Shown here piece by piece: positions 19,700 through 38,612 of a DNA stretch of 64,000 nt (position 1 is the first letter of the stretch; each line of letters opens with the position of its first letter). A program made the position numbers and the translations under genes. This stretch comes from the human T2T-CHM13v2.0 reference genome, Homo sapiens. The notes under the pieces are model-generated. The model did not search any database. It worked only from the letters and a program-made list of their open reading frames with translations, and had not been told where the DNA came from. Location of the stretch: assembly GCF_009914755.1 (NCBI RefSeq), contig NC_060931.1; one strand, given 5' to 3'.

Positions 19700-20560
19700 C
19701 CGAATTCTTTGCCCGCAGCCCAGCACCCCGAAGGAGCTTGCCTCGGCTTCAAGGCGCACCTAATGGGCACCGGATCGCTGGGGCGCTGAGGATGCCGCTC
19801 CGGGGCCTCCACGAGGCGGCCTCGCCACGCGCCTCGGCCATGTTCCCCCCATTTCCAGGGAGGTTGGACGCCGTGGTTCTTAAAGAGGGCGCGCGAGAGG
19901 GGCGACCGCGAGCCCAGCTCACCTCGAGCTCTCAGCTCGCTCCAAGGATGCAACACCGGATCCGCCTCGGGGACTGGGAAAGTTCCCTCCACGGCTCCCA
20001 CAGGCGCCCCGCCTCCTGGGCTCCCAACGGCTGCTTTCGACGTTGTGCTCCACCCTTTCCGGGCGGGGCGGAAAAAATACTTCCCGTCTCTCCTTTTCGC
20101 CTAGTGGCTCTGTCAAAGGTCGAGTCCGTGACGTCAAAGAGCCTGGACCAATCAGAGCACACCGGACTGCGTTTTTTCCGAACGCCAGCAGCAGGGTCAG
20201 AAGGGAGGTAGTCGCCCTCCGTCGTGGCCTGGCGTGGATTCCGAGCGTTGGTGTCTGGCGGTTTCCGACCGTTGGTGTCTGGCACGCGCCACCCCGATGT
20301 ACCAGGTAAAGCCCTATCACGGGGTCGGCGCCCCTCTCCGTGTGGAGCCCACCTGCATGTACTGGCTCCCCAACATGCACGGCAGGAGCGGCGGCCCAGC
20401 ACTCGGCACTGGCCACTTGCAGGTAGGAGCGCGGGGCCCCCCCGCCCACTGCGCACGCGCGGCGGCCCGTTGCTGGCCCAGGTGCCCCTAGGCCGGATAG
20501 AGTGCGTCCCAACCGATTCGCGGCCCCACCCCGGCATCTGTGCCGGCCGGCCAGGGGGTC
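19700..20560. promoter_or_regulatory. CpG island; duplicated PMS2/AIMP2 bidirectional promoter
   Basis: CpG-dense. GC box 20061-20071, perfect CRE TGACGTCA 20129-20136, CCAAT 20148-20152. PMS2-like and AIMP2-like first exons are head-to-head. Confidence 0.88.
20297..20422 (+). pseudogene. AIMP2 (JTV1) exon 1 remnant, probable first exon of STAG3L5P transcripts
   Basis: [42 protein letters not shown] matches the AIMP2 N-terminus. Donor cag|gtagga is intact. Confidence 0.88.
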
Positions 20561-20593
20561 ACCCAGATTTTTATGTTTTAAAAGATTTATTCA

Positions 20594-25415
<4,822 letters not shown>

Positions 25416-26799
25416 CATTCCCAAGGTGTGGCTTGAGATCGTTAAACTGATGGAGGTCAGGTTCTTGGTCCGCCTTGTCCCATGGCCCAGTGTATAGGTG
25501 TCCCCACACCCCGCAGGTGCTTTGTCTACAGGCTCTCCAGGAAGTATTGCTTAGTAACTGAGAGGCGGGGTGAGGCAGTAGAGATGGGGAGAGTTTGACT
25601 GCCTGTGAGTAGTTTATCTAGTGGCCTCAGCCTCTGCAGTAGTAAAAGTTGTGCTGACAGGTGGCAGAGTGGAGCAGGACCTTGTGAAACTACCTGTCTC
25701 ACCCACGTGAGCCAGGCCAGACCCTGTGTCCTGGCAGCCTTCATCCATGGGTTCTTTCCAAAGGAAATTTTATCCTCTCATCCGAAAGATACCTGTCATA
25801 ATTTGGAATTTGATCAAATCACAGTATCTGAGAGTTAAAAGGAAACTAAGGAGTTACTCTAAATGTCCAACCCTAAAATCCAAGTGACAATGTCACCTTC
25901 ACTCTTGCCTTCTCCAGCTAGTTCTTCACCAAATTCTGTCAAGACTTGGTGAAGAAAATTCTCTGGCCTATGTCCTCCACACATTGTCACCATCGTCTCT
26001 CACCTAGACTGCCACAGTGCAGCCTCAGGGCCAGCCTCTTGAAACTCAGACAGACTTGTTTGCTCTTGTTTTGCCTTGTGGAGCAGCACAGCACCTCTCT
26101 TCTCTCTTGTCCCTCTGACAAGCAGTATTTGAAGACAGATGTTGTCATTTTGTACTTTCACTGTTTTCTTTTGTGGTTTAAGGAATGCTTCAGCCTTTCT
26201 CTTTAGATATAATTTCTAGTTCTTCCCATCATGGGCACCTGCTTTAGTGACAGGTTCTCACTGTGGTCTCCTAGGCCAGACACAGCCATCCAGCTAGTGA
26301 TCTGTGCAGAAGGAGCCGTGACTTCCTGCGATCAGGTCACTCAGCCAAGACCGCCTCGCCCCTTCCATTCTCCCTCCCCTCCCCCACCTGCCCCTCCCAG
26401 ATGAAAGCTAGAAGAAATTGAGTTGTGAGTCTCCTTTTGGAAAGGTAGCCCTGGGGGAGTCCGAGCTGGGGTGTGGGGGAAGGCTAACTCATTCGGCGAT
26501 CTTTAGCCTGTATTCAGGTAGAATAGTTCTGGGGAAAGGAGCCTGTTTTGTGGGATGAGGGAACAGAGTGGGAGAACTGAGGAGAAGATGCGGAGGTCTT
26601 TAAGAATCCAGGAGGGGAACGATTCCTGAGTTATTTAAATACCAACCAAGCTAAGGGTGCTTCACAAGAGGATAAGAGCAGCTTGGGGGCTTTGCATCAA
26701 TATGGACACCTGTGTACAGCCAGGCAGCCCAGTGCACTGGGTTGAGTCACAGCCTTAGAATCTGGGAGCTTGACACCATGCTCTCTAAAGCCTTTGACA

Positions 26800-27290
26800 C
26801 TGTTTATTGAGAGGCTGGGTCTAGGTTGTCTCCTCTTGAATATGGGCTTCGTGATGCTTGACTAATAGAAGATGGTGGAAATGATGCCATGCTAGTTAGT
26901 GGGCCCAGATTTTAAGGAAACTGGCAGTTTCCGTTTCCTGTCTCTTCCTGTACCTGGGTTCACACTGGGAACCCGGTCACCATTCTGTGAGCAAGGCCAG
27001 CAGTCAAAGGAAAAGGCCGTGTGTAGGTGTTCTTGCCAGCAGTCCTCACCGAGGTCCCAGCCAACATCCATGTTGGCTGCCAGACTCAGTCAAGACGGGA
27101 GTCAGATGATTCCAACCTCCCCTGTTTTTCAGTTTTCCCAGCTGAGGTCCAGACATCAGGGAGCAGAGACAGCCCATCTTTTCTGTGCACTTTGCAAATT
27201 CCTGACTGTGGAGTCCATGAGCATAATAAGATGGTGGTTGACAGCACTCAGTCTGGAGGGGTTTGTTACGTAGCCAAAGCAACTGGAACT
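26800..27290 (+). mobile_element. MLT1-type MaLR LTR
   Basis: 3' motif gggtttgttacgtagccaaagcaactggaac and internal MLT1-like motifs. Confidence 0.6.
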
Positions 27291-27450
27291 GGGCCTTAGA
27301 GTCATAAGACTCCCAATGTTAGGACATTTATATCAAGGTTTTTTTAAAAATTGTAAGTTATATAAACATATACTAATTCTTCTATATTATACACATTAAA
27401 AATGTAACACATGAGTTGAAATAAGTGTTTTAAAATATTTCATTGGTTAG

Positions 27451-27721
<271 letters not shown>

Positions 27722-28005
27722 TGATCCGCCCGCCTCGGCCTCCCAAAGTGCTGAGATTATAGGCGTGAGCCACCGCGCCCGGCCACCCTTTACTTTCAAA
27801 AAAGGGTTTAGTGAGAACAAAGTGAGAAACATTTTTTTAAATCATGGTTCAACATTTTCTGAAGTTCAGTTGAAAGTTCAGTTTAGTGCTGGGTGCGGTG
27901 GCTCAGGCCTGTAATCCCAGCACTTTGGGAGGCCAGGGTGGGCAGATCAGGAGGTCAAGAGATTGAGACCATCCTGGCCAACATGGTGAAACCCTGTCTC
28001 TACTA

Positions 28006-28181
<176 letters not shown>

Positions 28182-28513
28182 TTATTCTGATACTTAATTT
28201 TAATGACCTTCATAACTGCCAGGAGTACCTCTCAAAAACAGGCAAATCCAAGTGGATTAGGTGCCTCTTTGCAGTTACCACTTTTTAAATAGATCCAAAC
28301 CTGCTGAAAATCTTCATCTAGAAGACTTGTGAACAGGTCAGAGGATGATTTCCCGGCGCAGACAACAGTGCTCTCATGAGGACAGGCATTGTCTGGGAGC
28401 ACAAAACCTGAAGTGTGTGAGCTGCAGTGTGTGGTGATGGGCTGGGGGTTTGCCTCTCTTCCCTCAGGATACTGATCATTTTCCAGGGGAATCATGACTT
28501 ATCATGTTTTTAT

Positions 28514-28549
28514 CTACACTTGATCTTGGCCAAAAGGCCAAGAAGCGAT
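28514..28549 (-). pseudogene. 3'-truncated U2 snRNA pseudogene (nt 1-36)
   Basis: Reverse complement ATCGCTTCTTGGCCTTTTGGCCAAGATCAAGTGTAG, 2 mismatches to the U2 5' end. Confidence 0.85.
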
Positions 28550-28842
28550 ACTGTCTTTTTGTCTTAAAAGGTTAGAATGTTTCTTTATTTCTACTGCACA
28601 ACATCTGTGGATACTTTTTTGTGCACGCCCTCACCCTGACAGGCTCAGCTGTGAAGGGTTCATGCCAGCAAGCCCCCTGCTGGCCGTCCAGGACAGCCCA
28701 GGGCTCTGGCTTCTCAGCAGCACCTCCCACTGGCCAGGCCCAGGCCAGGCTGGACAAGCTGAGGCCAGCTTAGGTAGCAGGCATGGAGGCCTTTGCCCAG
28801 CCTGGTAAGTGATGCAGAGCAGTGCTTTTCAGGGGCTGGCAC

Positions 28843-29855
28843 TGTAGGGTCCAGCCCTACTGGGTCTGTGGGTTTTTCTCCTCGTGTGCGGAGATGAGAG
28901 ATGGTAGAAATGAAGACACAAGACAAAGAGATAGAAGAAAAGACAGCTGGGCCAGGGGGACCACTACCACCTAGACGCGGAGACCAGTAGTGGCCCTGAA
29001 TGCCTGACAGCGCTGCTATTTATTGTATACAAGGCAAAGGGGGCAGGGTAAGGAGTGTGAGTCATCTCCATTGATAGATAAGGTCACATGAGTCACGTGT
29101 CCACCAGACAGGGGGCCTTTCCCTTTTAGGTAGCTGAGGCGGAGAGAGAGAGGACAGTGTACGTCATTATTTCTTCTATGCTCTTCTCAGAAAGATCAAA
29201 GACTTTAATACTTTCACTAATTCTGCTACTGCCATCTAGAAGGTGGAGCCAGGTGTACAGAGCGGAACGTGAAAGTGAAACAGGAGGGTGACTGCTGAAG
29301 CACAGCATCACAGGGAGACGGTTAGGCCTCCGGATGGCTGTGGGCGGGCCTGACTGATGTCAGGCCTTCCACAAGAGGTGGTGGAGCAGCGTCTTCTCTA
29401 ACTCCCCCAGGGAAAGGGAGTCTCCCTTTCCCGGTCTGCTAAGTAACAGTTATCTTCCCAGGCACTGGCACCACTGCTAGACCAAGGTCTGCTAAGTAAC
29501 GGGTGCCTTCCCAGGCACTGGCATTACCACTAGACCAGGGAGCCCTCTAGTGGCCCTGTCCGGGCGTGACAGAGGGTTCACACTCCTGCCTTCTGGTCAC
29601 TTCTCACCATGTCCCTTCAGCTCCTATCTCTGTATGGCCTGGTTTTTCCTAGGTTATAATTGTAGAACAAAGATTATTATAATATTGGAATAAAGAGTAA
29701 TGCTATAAACTAATGATTAGTAATATTAATATATAATCATATCTATAATCTATTTCTAGTATCACTATTCTTATTCTATGTATTTTCTTTATTATACTGG
29801 AACAGCTTGTGCCCTCGGTCTCTTGCCTTGGCAGCTGGGTGGCTTGCCTCCCACA
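28843..29855 (-). mobile_element. LTR13 (ERVK-class) solo LTR, full length
   Basis: TG...CA termini. Minus strand starts TGTGGGAGGCAAGCCACCCAG. Perfect 6-bp TSD TGGCAC at 28837-28842 and 29856-29861. Confidence 0.85.
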
Positions 29856-32522
29856 TGGCACTGCTGGGCATTGTCTGTTAATATTGAATAATTGTTTTAA
29901 GATTATTTTCAATGATTTTCAATAAGGCTTTACCTTTTTTAACTTGCAGTGTGGCCATGAGGTCTGCCGGAAGTGACTTGTTGGTGTTATCTCCTGAGTT
30001 AAAATGTGAAGGGATTTTTTTTTTTCAGATTACTGAGAGTCTTCAGTTACTAGGTAAGTCGCCCCATCCTTATTACTCCAGGTGACACTGACTGGGGTTT
30101 ATGGGATGAAAGAGGAGTGTGTGCTTGGATGATGGGGTGTGATAGTGAAGGGGTGAAAGGTTTCTTCTCACACATAGACATCGTGAGGTCTTCCTTGAGC
30201 TCTTTAGAGCCTTCCCTCGGGATAGGATGAAATACTGAGATCCTAGAAAGGATTCACAAGACGAGTCACTCATCAGTGCAGATTCACCGATTCACCCCTA
30301 GATGTGTGTGGGATTTGGATGGCAGAGAGAAACAGGCACTGAAGATTTTTGGTCAGGACAGGGCAGAGAAATAAGGAGAAGAGTTGAAAATTCACCAAAG
30401 GATAGATAAACCCGGGGCGTTTAGAGAAAACCTGTAGTGTGCAAAGGAGCCCAGAATCCTGGGGAAACTTGGAGGGAAATATACTTAATTTGATTCACTA
30501 AGTTAGGCCCAGTGAAGGGATTGGGTGGCATAGGTAGAAGCCGAAAAATAAAGCATCTTGTATTGCTGGAATAGCCTCTGTTTCTGAGGTCACATCCAAA
30601 CTTAGCGAGGCAGCTTAACCTGGTGAGAGACACGGGTTCAACTCCTGGCTTCTGCACTGCCAGGGCAAAGGACTGCCGTTTGCTGACACAGTCTTGTAAT
30701 TCAATTTAATTTTTTAACCAAGGTGTGGGAGAAGGCAGCTCCGCATAATGCTGAATATTATGGGTTCTGAAGCGAAAATTTTTGTCAGGGTTTAAATTTT
30801 GGCTTCATTGTGTAAGTAGCCCTTCCACCCCGGGCAAGTTATTTCCCACATAAAGCAATTGCTAAGTATGGAGCTGATGTACGTGCATCACTGAGAATGG
30901 GTTTAGCACATAGTATCCACTGAAGACGCTATCTTGCATTAGCTGTATTACTGTGATAAAGGATAAGCTATAATTAAAGTTACAGAGGAACAAAAGCAGC
31001 CCTTTTCACAACATTTAAAACATGCATGTAAAAATAAATGCAGCAGTGACAAGTCTTATGCTACAAACTCAGAAGAGCAGAAACAACTTTATTTTTCCTC
31101 TATGATTTCAAGCTCTTTTTCTGCCCAGCTGCTGAGAAAATTTAACTCCTGAGTCTTCTTGGCTTCCTTCCTTTTCCCTAAGGTTGTGTCAAGTGCCAAA
31201 GCATTTAGGGGAGGGAGGAGGCCTCTAGTCCTCTGTCAAAAATATTTTGGATTTTTATAGTCATTTCCCTTTCTCTGTGGTGAGACTAGGCCCTCCAGGA
31301 CCCTGTGTTTTGGCCCCAGGAATTGAGGCCATCTGAATCAGCTGCCTGGGTTCCTGTCTGCAGTGGGCCCCATGGGCCTACAGAAGAACAGAGGCTGCTC
31401 AGGGCTGGGCTGTTTGCTGCCCAGAACCAAGGCTAGGATGAGGAGCTCAGACTCTTCCAGTGGAAGCAGTGCTAGGACGGAAGACAGCCGCCCCTGAAGA
31501 GGGGACATTGACATACAGTTGATCTGCCTGGGAAGGTGTAATAGAGATGAACTTGTGTCATCGCATCTTTCACACAAGCCACAAAGAAAGCTAATCCTGA
31601 TTCCTGGTGAGAAGAAACCAAACTCGAGGAATGTTTTATATCACAGGACGGTCACAGCCTGTACTGGGGCACGAGCCAGGGCTGAGTAGAGTGCTGCCCC
31701 TGCACTCACTGACTTGATCCTCTCATTTACTCTGTGGAGCAGTCCCTGTTGGGATCCTGCTGCTTTGGGAAATTGCTCTGTTAAGCTTGCAGAGCTATGA
31801 AATTGTGGCCCTATTTCAAACCCATGAGGGCCTGATTCTACAGACTGACCACTGGGCTCTTTTACTTCAGCAGGACTTGGGCTGGGGCTGCAGGGATTTC
31901 ACCAAGGAATGTCAGGCAGGAGGTGGCCATTGTGAAACCTGTCCCATCTTGCCTGTACCTCCTGGCTGAAAGTGGGATGCAGGACTTAGATTGCCAAGCT
32001 TAGGAATTATTTGTGGCTCTGCTGTTCACAATTTTGGAGAATGTTAAGGAATACTCAAGAAGTTGTGAGAGTAAGGGCCCTCACATATATCAGAACATGA
32101 AAGCATTCCAGTTAGGACCTTGTGATATTGAAACTAGAATAAGCAACCCAGTGGATAGACTGTGAAAGAGAATCCACATATAGACCTATGTGTAAGAATT
32201 TATGATCAAGGTGGCATTTTGAAACAGTAGGGAAGGAGCCCAGCAGCAAATGGTCTGGGGAATCCTGGCCCTCCACCTGAGACGTTACACGGCTCTTTTT
32301 TTGAGACGGAGTTTTGCTCTTGTGCCCAGGCTGGAGTGCAATGGTGGGATCTCGGCTCACCACAACCTCCGCCCCTGGGTTTAAGCGGTTCTCCTGCCTC
32401 AGCCTCCCAAGTAGGTGGCATTACAGGCATGCGCCACCACACCCAGCTAATTTTGTATATTTAGTAGAGATGGGATTTCTCCATGTTGGTCAGGTTGGTC
32501 TCGAACTCCTGACCTCAAGTGA

Positions 32523-32798
<276 letters not shown>

Positions 32799-33454
32799 TA
32801 GCCAGGACAGTCTCGATCTCCTAACCTCATGATCTGCCTGCCTCGGCCTCCCAAAGTGTTGGGATTACAGGCATGAGCCACCATGCCCGGCCTACACAGC
32901 CTTTTTAACACCACCTCCAAAGTAAAGTTCTTCATGGACTAGGAAGAAACTCTTTATAGAGTTATGCATAAAAACAAAGCCATAAAAATATTTTCATAAT
33001 CTTAGCCTTCCTAAGGAATACACAAACAGAAATGATAATGTTAAAGATCAAGCCTCATGAGAATTCAAACAGGGAGGGGAACAGAAGGAGCTGGCCAAAG
33101 GAGAACTTTGTGTTCTATGTTGTTTGAATCTTACACAATGAGAATTTAGGGGATAATGTGACTTAAAAAATTGAAAAAAAAAATGAAAATGGTGGGTAGT
33201 CAACTTTGCACCATGGCTTTTAAATCCCTCAATAAATTCTGGGCTCCCCATATTGGGGTGAATAAAAGACACACTTCCTCCAGGGCTCAGCATCCACCTG
33301 TGAAAATGCCCCCAGGACTGTCGAGAACCCAGCTGGGAGGCCACTTGGATGATTATCCAAGAAGTAAGGGCGCAGTACTTTGGGGCAGCTTCCTGAAGGT
33401 GGTGGGATTTGATCTCCTTCTTACAAAGTGGGATTTCAGCAGGTGGTGTAGGGA

Positions 33455-33995
33455 AGTTTAAATTTTTTCCCTGAAGGTTTGATAATCTGAGTCTATGAAA
33501 CAAACATAAAACATTAACAGGAAAAAAAACCGACTTAAAAATGTTACTACGTGCACACATGTGCACAAGTCATACAAAATATATAAAAAAATAAATGGCC
33601 AGATGGTTGACACTTTTATACCCATCTTGAAATTACAGAAATAACGGGAGGCCTGGAGCGCAGCAAGACAGATTAGGGGAAGGGGAGAGGAGAGACTTGG
33701 CTAGCAAAGGTCTTGTTCTGCAGGTGACATCTCACAGCTGGTACTCTGCGGAGCCTGTGGTAGGCAAGTCCTTCAGACCCTTAAAGGGGTCCGCCTCTCA
33801 GTTTGTCTTTCCTAGATCCAGACACGGGGACTGCAGAGAAAGGCTGTGTGCATCCGCTGTCTACTCCACTGTCTCCTCTGCAGAGGCGGATTTCCCTGAC
33901 TGAAGACCATGTTGCAGGCCCACAGCTGCCTACAGAACCGTCCCAAAATATGGCAAAGAAACCTATTCTGAGGTTAAATATTTTGGTTTCTTTCA
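33455..33995 (-). mobile_element. MER34/MER39-like ERV1 LTR
   Basis: Minus strand starts TGAAAGAAACCAAAATATTT...TTCTTTGCCATATTTTG. Confidence 0.55.
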
Positions 33996-34396
33996 GTGGG
34001 AGGCAAGGGTCTTCCGGACTAGGGAGGTAGATGTGCAGCAGCCTCAGGTGCTCTAGGTGCTTTGTAGCTACGCTGGCCAGGCCACCTGAGGTAGGTCCCC
34101 TTTGCACCAGTCTCACACCCTGCTGGGGGATGGTAGTGGAGACAGCAGTAAAAGCAGGTCTGAGGCAGGTGTGGAGATTAGTACAGGTGGCCTGGGCGAA
34201 GGGCAAAGGGTGAAGAGAATGTTGGGAGCCATGGGTGACTGGCTGCGGGCATAGGCACCATGAAGGCTACTATGGGCTGCAGGGTGTGGATGAGGGGACA
34301 GAGTTTGCCCCAGAGACCAAGTTGGTTTGTGTCAAACACCACAGGATTTTTATTTTGTATTTTTTTTTAATTTTTAATTTTTAAATTTTTTTTTGA

Positions 34397-34685
<289 letters not shown>

Positions 34686-34935
34686 TAAGCAGACATGATG
34701 AGTCTTTGACACAGGGGCAAACCAGGACCCAGAGAGGTGACTTGGGACAGGGCTGTCTCTTCAGTCCTTACCACACCGTGGACGAGATCAACCTTAAGAC
34801 AGCACCCTGGGCTCTCACTGGACCCTGGATTCTGGCTCACAGCACACAAAGCAAACTGATCCCTGGAAAGGGTCACTTGTTGCTGCCTAGCAGCATTCTG
34901 GTAGGTTGGCATCCTCAAAGTGACATAAGCAGTGA

Positions 34936-35076
<141 letters not shown>

Positions 35077-35112
35077 TGAAACTACAGGTGCCCACCACCA
35101 CTCCTGGCTAAT

Positions 35113-35121
35113 TCTTTCTTT

Positions 35122-35184
<63 letters not shown>

Positions 35185-35328
35185 TCTTTCTTTCTTTCTT
35201 TCTTTCTTTCTCTTTCTTTTTCTTTCTTTCTTTCTTCTTTCTTTCTCTCTCTTTTTCTCTGTCTCTCTCTCTCTCCCTCCCTCCCTCTCTCTCTCTTTTT
35301 CTTTCTTTCTTTCTTTTTTTTTTTTTTT
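35113..35328. repeat. Compound microsatellite (CTTG)n(CTTT)n(CT)n expanded in the middle of an antisense Alu
   Basis: Direct inspection, about 215 bp pyrimidine-rich. Confidence 0.92.
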
Positions 35329-36439
35329 GTAGCGATAGGGTCTCACCATGTTGCCCAGGCTGGTCTTGAACTCCTGGACTCATCCTAAAGTGCTGGCCTC
35401 TCATTCCCTGTCTGTGCACACCTCACGGCAAGGGCCAGCCTGTTTCCTCCCGGTCACCTCCAAATCTTGCTGCTTTTAATTCAACTCAGAGGTATGCACT
35501 TGAGGTAGGAGGGCAGGGGAAGTGGGGATGGCAGGACATGGATGGCCCTTGAGGCATTGGCTCTGGGTGTCATGGGCTGTGAGAGTCAAGAAGGGCAGTG
35601 GCCTGCCTGACTTGGGTTCGAAAGGGTCACTCTGGCCACTGCGGTGAGAACTGAAACTAGCCAGGCCAATTCTCCATTGTTCCTGCTCTTCCAGGTAGGA
35701 GAATATTAGATTAGGTCTGGAGTCAGAAGGTAGCAGGGGCTGGGGGTTGCAGGGGGATGTTGAGAAGAAGTGGTCCTTTGGTCAGGGTGGGAAGCCAACA
35801 GGATTTCCTGGTGCATTGGAGGTGAAAGGGAAGAGGCGCTGGTGGTTGTGCTTTGGGCCTGAGCAGCCAGAAGCCGTTGCCATCACCTATGACAAGGGAG
35901 ACAGCGCCTGGGGCAGAGCCCAGTATGGGGTGCATTCAGGGTAGATCAGGAGGTATGAGTGGGCAGTGGGCGAGCCAGGCTGGGGGTTGTGGGGGAGGCC
36001 TGGGTTGCAGGTTTAAGCGTGGGACCCACGTCAGATTGGTGGTGGGTCATGCATGCTGGGGTGGCTCTCAGGTCCTCCCTGCTGGCTTCCCACTCCCAGG
36101 GGCTTTCTCCTCCGATTCCTTAGCTGGGTGAGGGGCAGGACAGAGCCCTTTCCTAGGGAAGCCCGGCACCCCCTGCTGTCCAGGGAAGGGGAGTCCTTCT
36201 AGCCCCTGACAGCTTCTCTGCCCCTCCCCTGGCCTCCCCAGGCCTAGCCAGGGTTGAGTTCTCACCCACCTGTGCCGCCCTGCCTTGTTACCTGGAAGCA
36301 CAGCCTTGGGGACTGAGCAGGCCCTCACTGTCACTTTAAGAAGGGAATCAGCCACTTTGTGCTCACCACCTCTGGGGAAGGTGTGAGAGGAGAGAAGGAA
36401 GTGGCTGTTTGGCTGCTGACAACATGAAGACTTCCTGCG

Positions 36440-37775
36440 ATGAGAACAGAGGCACAGGTGCCGGCCCTGCAGCCCCCAGAACCCGGACTGGAGGGGGCCA
36501 TGGGGCGCCGGACCCTGGCCCTGCCCTGGGTGCTGCTGACCCTGCGTGTCACTGCAGGTGAGTGCCGGCACCAGAGAGGGGCAGGGGCTGCAGGGAGGGT
36601 GATGTAGGACGACAGCCCACCCACCTTGCTGCTGTTCCACAGGGACCCCGGAGGTGTGAGTACAAGTTCGGATGGAGGCCACCGAGCTCTCGTCCTTCAC
36701 CATCCGTTGTGGGTTCCTGGAGTCTGGCTCCATCTCCCTGGTGACTGTGAGCAGGGGGGGCCCCGATGGTGCTGGGGGGACCACGCTGGCTGTGTTGCAC
36801 CCGGAACTTGGCATCCAGCAATGGGCCCCTGCTCGCCAGGCCCGCTGGGAAACCCAGAGCAGCATCTCTCTCATCCTGGAAGGCTCTGGGGCCAGCAGCC
36901 CCTGCGCCAACACCACCTTCTGCTGCAAGTTTGCGTCCTTCCCTGAGGGCTCCTGGGAGGCCTGTGGGAGCCTCCCGCCCAGCTCAGACCCAGGTGGGGC
37001 CGGGGTGAGGGGTCCAGGAGGGCAGGGAGGGGCTCGGGAACTGGCCATCCATCTGATTCTTGCCTCTGTGCCCAGGGCTCTCTGTCCCGCCGACTCCTGC
37101 CCCCATTCTGCGGGCAGACCTGGCCGGGATCTTGGGGGTCTCAGGAGTCCTTCTCTTTGACTGTGGCTACCTCCTTCATCTGCTGTGCCGACAGAAGCAC
37201 CGGTGAGACCTGGGCCCTGTCCACGTCCCCCTGACACTGGGCTGGCCACATGCCGTGCAGAGCTCTGACCATCCTTGCTCTCTCCCAGCCCTGCCCCTAG
37301 GCTCCAGCCATCCCACACCAGCTCCTAGGCACTGAGAGCACGAGCATGGGTGAGGAGGGGGGCTGCTTTGGGGATGAGGTGGCAGGGGTAGGGGGGGCCA
37401 GGGCTGGGCCCAAGCTGTACAGACTCACTTGATCCTCCTTCCCCCGCGCAGGCACCCAGCCAGGCCTCCCAGGCTGCTCTCCACGTCCCTTATGCCACTA
37501 TCAACACCAGCTGCTGCCCAGCTACTTTGGACACAGCTCACCCCCGACAGGGGGCCGTCCTGGTGGGCATCACTCCCCACCCACACCGCACACTGGCCCC
37601 AGGGCCCTGCTGCCTGGGCCTCCACATCCATCCCTGCACATGGCAGCTTTGTCTCTGTTGAGAATGGACTCTACGCTTAGGCTGGGCAGAGGCCTCCCTG
37701 CACTGGTCCTGGCCTCACTCTTTTCCCTGACCCTTGGGGCCCAGGGCCATGGAGGGACCCTTAGGAGTTCAATGA
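36440..37775 (+). pseudogene. PVRIG2P: PVRIG2P, unprocessed PVRIG (CD112R) pseudogene; exons 36440-36557, 36643-36993, 37076-37202, 37289-37349, 37452-37775
   Basis: PVRIG-like translation (MRTEAQVPALQPPEPG..., VPYATI). Stops TGA 36657-36659, TAG 37326-37328 and TAG 37678-37680. Frameshift near 37545. Confidence 0.93.
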
Positions 37776-38456
37776 GAGAGACCATGAGGCCACTGGGCTT
37801 TCCCCTTCCCAGGCCTCCTGGGTGCCACCCCCTTACGTTATTCTTGGGCCTCTAATAAGTGTCCCACAGGTGCCTGGCCAGGCCCACCTGCTGCAGATGT
37901 GGTCTGTGTGTGTGCATGTGTGGGTGTGTGTGGGCACAGGTGTGAGTGTGTGAGCAACAGTACCCCATTCCAGTCGTTTCCTGCTGTGACTAAGTCAGCA
38001 ACACAGTTCCTCTGACATGGGCCTTGGCTGTGCTTCTTTGGGGGTGAAGAGATTGGGGAGGAAGTCTCCACCCCTGGGAGGCAGAAGCCAGGTGAGAACC
38101 AGAGTGGGTTGGGGCCTCCTTGCAGGGCTGGGTTTGGCCCAGGGAGAGGGCAGTGTCCCAGTCTTAGAGATCTGTCCTGGCTTCTTGGGGTGGCGGGGGG
38201 TTGGGGGAGCTTCCTGAGGGACACCTGTGGCTTCCTAGACAGAATTGGGGGATCCCAGCGGGATGGTCCCTGCTGCAATCCCACCATGTCCTAGGACAGC
38301 AGCAAGGGTTCCTGGGGCTTCAGCCTGAGAAAAGTCCCTGTGATTTGACCTGGCGTCCCTCTGCCGGGCTCCCTGCTGTGGCCTGGGCTAGAGTCCTGAT
38401 GCCCTCCTTCCACAGCTGGCATCAGGCAGGGCTGGAAAGTAGGAGGACTTGCCTGA

Positions 38457-38612
<156 letters not shown>

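Noticed and set aside
19919-20512. 197-aa N-terminal extension in frame with PMS2P1
   Set aside because: No AUG, runs through the promoter and antisense AIMP2 exon; stop-free frames are common in CpG islands.
36068-37318. 416-aa minus-strand ORF
   Set aside because: GC-rich antisense shadow of PVRIG2P with no recognisable domain.
38225-38290. Minus-strand exon-like segment, possibly a CASTOR3/GATS remnant
   Set aside because: Splice dinucleotides are present but there is no protein match I can support.
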